32,000 nucleotides of DNA from Cupriavidus necator (lineage in GTDB: Bacteria > Pseudomonadota > Gammaproteobacteria > Burkholderiales > Burkholderiaceae): the NCBI RefSeq assembly GCF_016127575.1, contig NZ_CP066018.1, forward strand, positions 2,400,001 to 2,432,000. Reading direction: 5' to 3'. Positions 30,482-32,000 of this stretch are shown here, piece by piece. Position numbers and translations under genes: made by a program. Positions within the stretch are counted from its first letter, which is position 1, and each line of letters starts with the position of its first letter. Under the pieces are notes generated by a model. It had not been told where the DNA came from, searched no databases, and saw nothing but the letters and a program-made list of their open reading frames with translations.

Positions 30482-32000
30482 TGCGTCTGCTGGTCGATCT
30501 GTTCCCCTGTCAGACAATTTCGCGGCTACGCGGGATTGGACGGTACACGCTGGCGTTCACGCAAGCCCTGGCACGCGTCAAAGGCGGCCATCAGCTCTAC
30601 GCCTTGGCGGACGCGCAATATGGCGAAGCCTACGATGCGCTTCGCACTGAGCTTTCGCCTTTGCTTGGTGCCGGACATTTCGCGACATATGCCCACTCCG
30701 GTGCGCCATTCGGCGCCTGCACGCCTGAGCAGCGACAGCTTGCCGACGACTTGGTCAGCGGGGCGTATCGCACACTGGCCCCGGACGTCGTGCTTTGCAT
30801 GAGCCCGTTCGAAGACTGGGCCCAGGATGGCGTCGTGCCGGATCCGAGGACGCGCGTCGGTTCGAGCCTGCGTGCCGCGGTGCTGTATGACCTCATACCC
30901 TGGCTGTTTCCCGAGCAGTACCTGAATACGTCTCCGTCCTTCAAGGCCTGGTACACGGAACGGCTGCAAGCCCTGAAGAGCTTCGATCTGCTGCTCGCGA
31001 TTTCGGAGGCAACACGCAGCGATGCCATCGAGCACCTCGGCCTGGACCCCGCCCGCGTGGCCGTGATCGGCGGCGCGGCGGACGAACGTTTTCGTACTCT
31101 GACCGCAGGTGAGAAGCCCAAGGACTTGTCCCGCCTGGGGATCCAAAGGCCGTTTGTGCTCTACACGGGCAACGCCGATTACCGCAAGAACCTGGCCGGC
31201 ATGTTGCAGGCCTATGCACGCTTGCCTGAATCGTTGCGCAGCGGGCATCAACTTGTCGTAAATCAGGTCGGTGACAAGCACGCATTCTGGCGCGACGCGC
31301 AAAGGCTGGGCCTGAAAACCGACGACATCGTCGTCACCGGTCACGTTGATGACACTGAGCTTGTGGCCCTCTATCAACAGTGCGCGGCCTTTGTCTTCCC
31401 TTCACTCTATGAAGGGTTTGGCCTGCCGGTCCTGGAAGCCATGGCTTGCGGCGCGCCGGTTATCGCGGCGGACAATTCATCGATCCCGGAAGTGCTGGGC
31501 CGGGCAGATATCATGTTCGATGCGAAAGACCCCGACTCCATTAAGGCGACGCTGGAGAGAGTACTGACGGATGCACGCCTGCGGCAGGAACTGAAGGCGT
31601 TTGGCCCTGAGCGGGCAGCCACATTTAGCTGGGATGCCACCGGCAGGAAGGCATGGGAGGCATTCGAGGCCACCATGCCGCTGTCGCGGGCGCACGGGAA
31701 TCAGGTACTTCAGATGGCTGACGCGCGCGCCGCGCGCTCCAACGGAACGGAGGGCAGCTTCCCAAGCTTGGGCCAGATCGCGGGACTCCTGCCTGCAGAC
31801 GTTCGAATCGAACAGCCGGGCGACGTTGACGCGCCGCAGACGTGCTACCCGGAGGAATCCGCGGTGGCGTTGAGCAATGGCCTGCCCCTGTATTTTTCCT
31901 TGCAGGCGAGGCCGCCGGAGCATCTGCTGCAGCAGATGCGTACCAATCCGGGCGTGCTCTTGCTCGGCAGCGCGGGGCTTGAAGAGACGTATCCGGAAAT
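30481..32000 (+). CDS. GT4-family glycosyltransferase, 5' part (open to the window end, more than 506 codons)
   Basis: This ORF is missing from the ORF track because no stop falls inside the window. I translated it by hand from the ATG at 30481, which overlaps the preceding TGA as TGATG, and the frame stays open to 32000. It contains the retaining-GT E-x7-E motif (YEGFGLPVLEAMACGAPVIAADNSSIPEV) and RPFVLYTGNADYRKN. The ORF continues more than 110 codons past the GT4 core. Confidence 0.8.
   Translation, partial: MRLLVDLFPCQTISRLRGIGRYTLAFTQALARVKGGHQLYALADAQYGEAYDALRTELSPLLGAGHFATYAHSGAPFGACTPEQRQLADDLVSGAYRTLAPDVVLCMSPFEDWAQDGVVPDPRTRVGSSLRAAVLYDLIPWLFPEQYLNTSPSFKAWYTERLQALKSFDLLLAISEATRSDAIEHLGLDPARVAVIGGAADERFRTLTAGEKPKDLSRLGIQRPFVLYTGNADYRKNLAGMLQAYARLPESLRSGHQLVVNQVGDKHAFWRDAQRLGLKTDDIVVTGHVDDTELVALYQQCAAFVFPSLYEGFGLPVLEAMACGAPVIAADNSSIPEVLGRADIMFDAKDPDSIKATLERVLTDARLRQELKAFGPERAATFSWDATGRKAWEAFEATMPLSRAHGNQVLQMADARAARSNGTEGSFPSLGQIAGLLPADVRIEQPGDVDAPQTCYPEESAVALSNGLPLYFSLQARPPEHLLQQMRTNPGVLLLGSAGLEETYPE

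Overview
High-GC betaproteobacterial chromosome segment. Gene content and order (ppc, then hemC, hemD::hemX, hemY, then rsuA, then yqgE-ruvX-pyrR-pyrB-pyrC'-plsC, then apaH) look Burkholderiaceae, Cupriavidus/Ralstonia-like; this is inference only. Positions 1-21.7 kb are core housekeeping genes with three small accessory-looking modules. These are a FitAB/VapBC-type toxin-antitoxin pair (229-868), a dctQM TRAP permease pair with no adjacent binding-protein gene (1212-3542), and an ECF sigma / RskA-type anti-sigma pair divergent from a Tat-exported ferritin-like protein (5394-7526). Positions 21.8-32 kb are a lower-GC polysaccharide (O-antigen-type) locus. It contains rfbB-rfbD-rfbA-rfbC, a 390-bp AT-rich spacer, manC, wzm, wzt with a C-terminal extension, an FkbM-methyltransferase/coiled-coil protein, and a GT4 glycosyltransferase that runs off the window. 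I recognised no rRNA, tRNA, CRISPR array, IS/transposase or integrase. Most long ORFs in the supplied track are antisense or out-of-frame shadow ORFs of GC-rich genes. I found no convincing wholly new multi-gene system. The best candidates for follow-up are the Wzt-extension plus FkbM::coiled-coil pair (a possible non-canonical O-polysaccharide chain terminator and length ruler) and the ECF/anti-sigma/ferritin-like module. All functional calls rest on motif recognition by eye; no database search was run.
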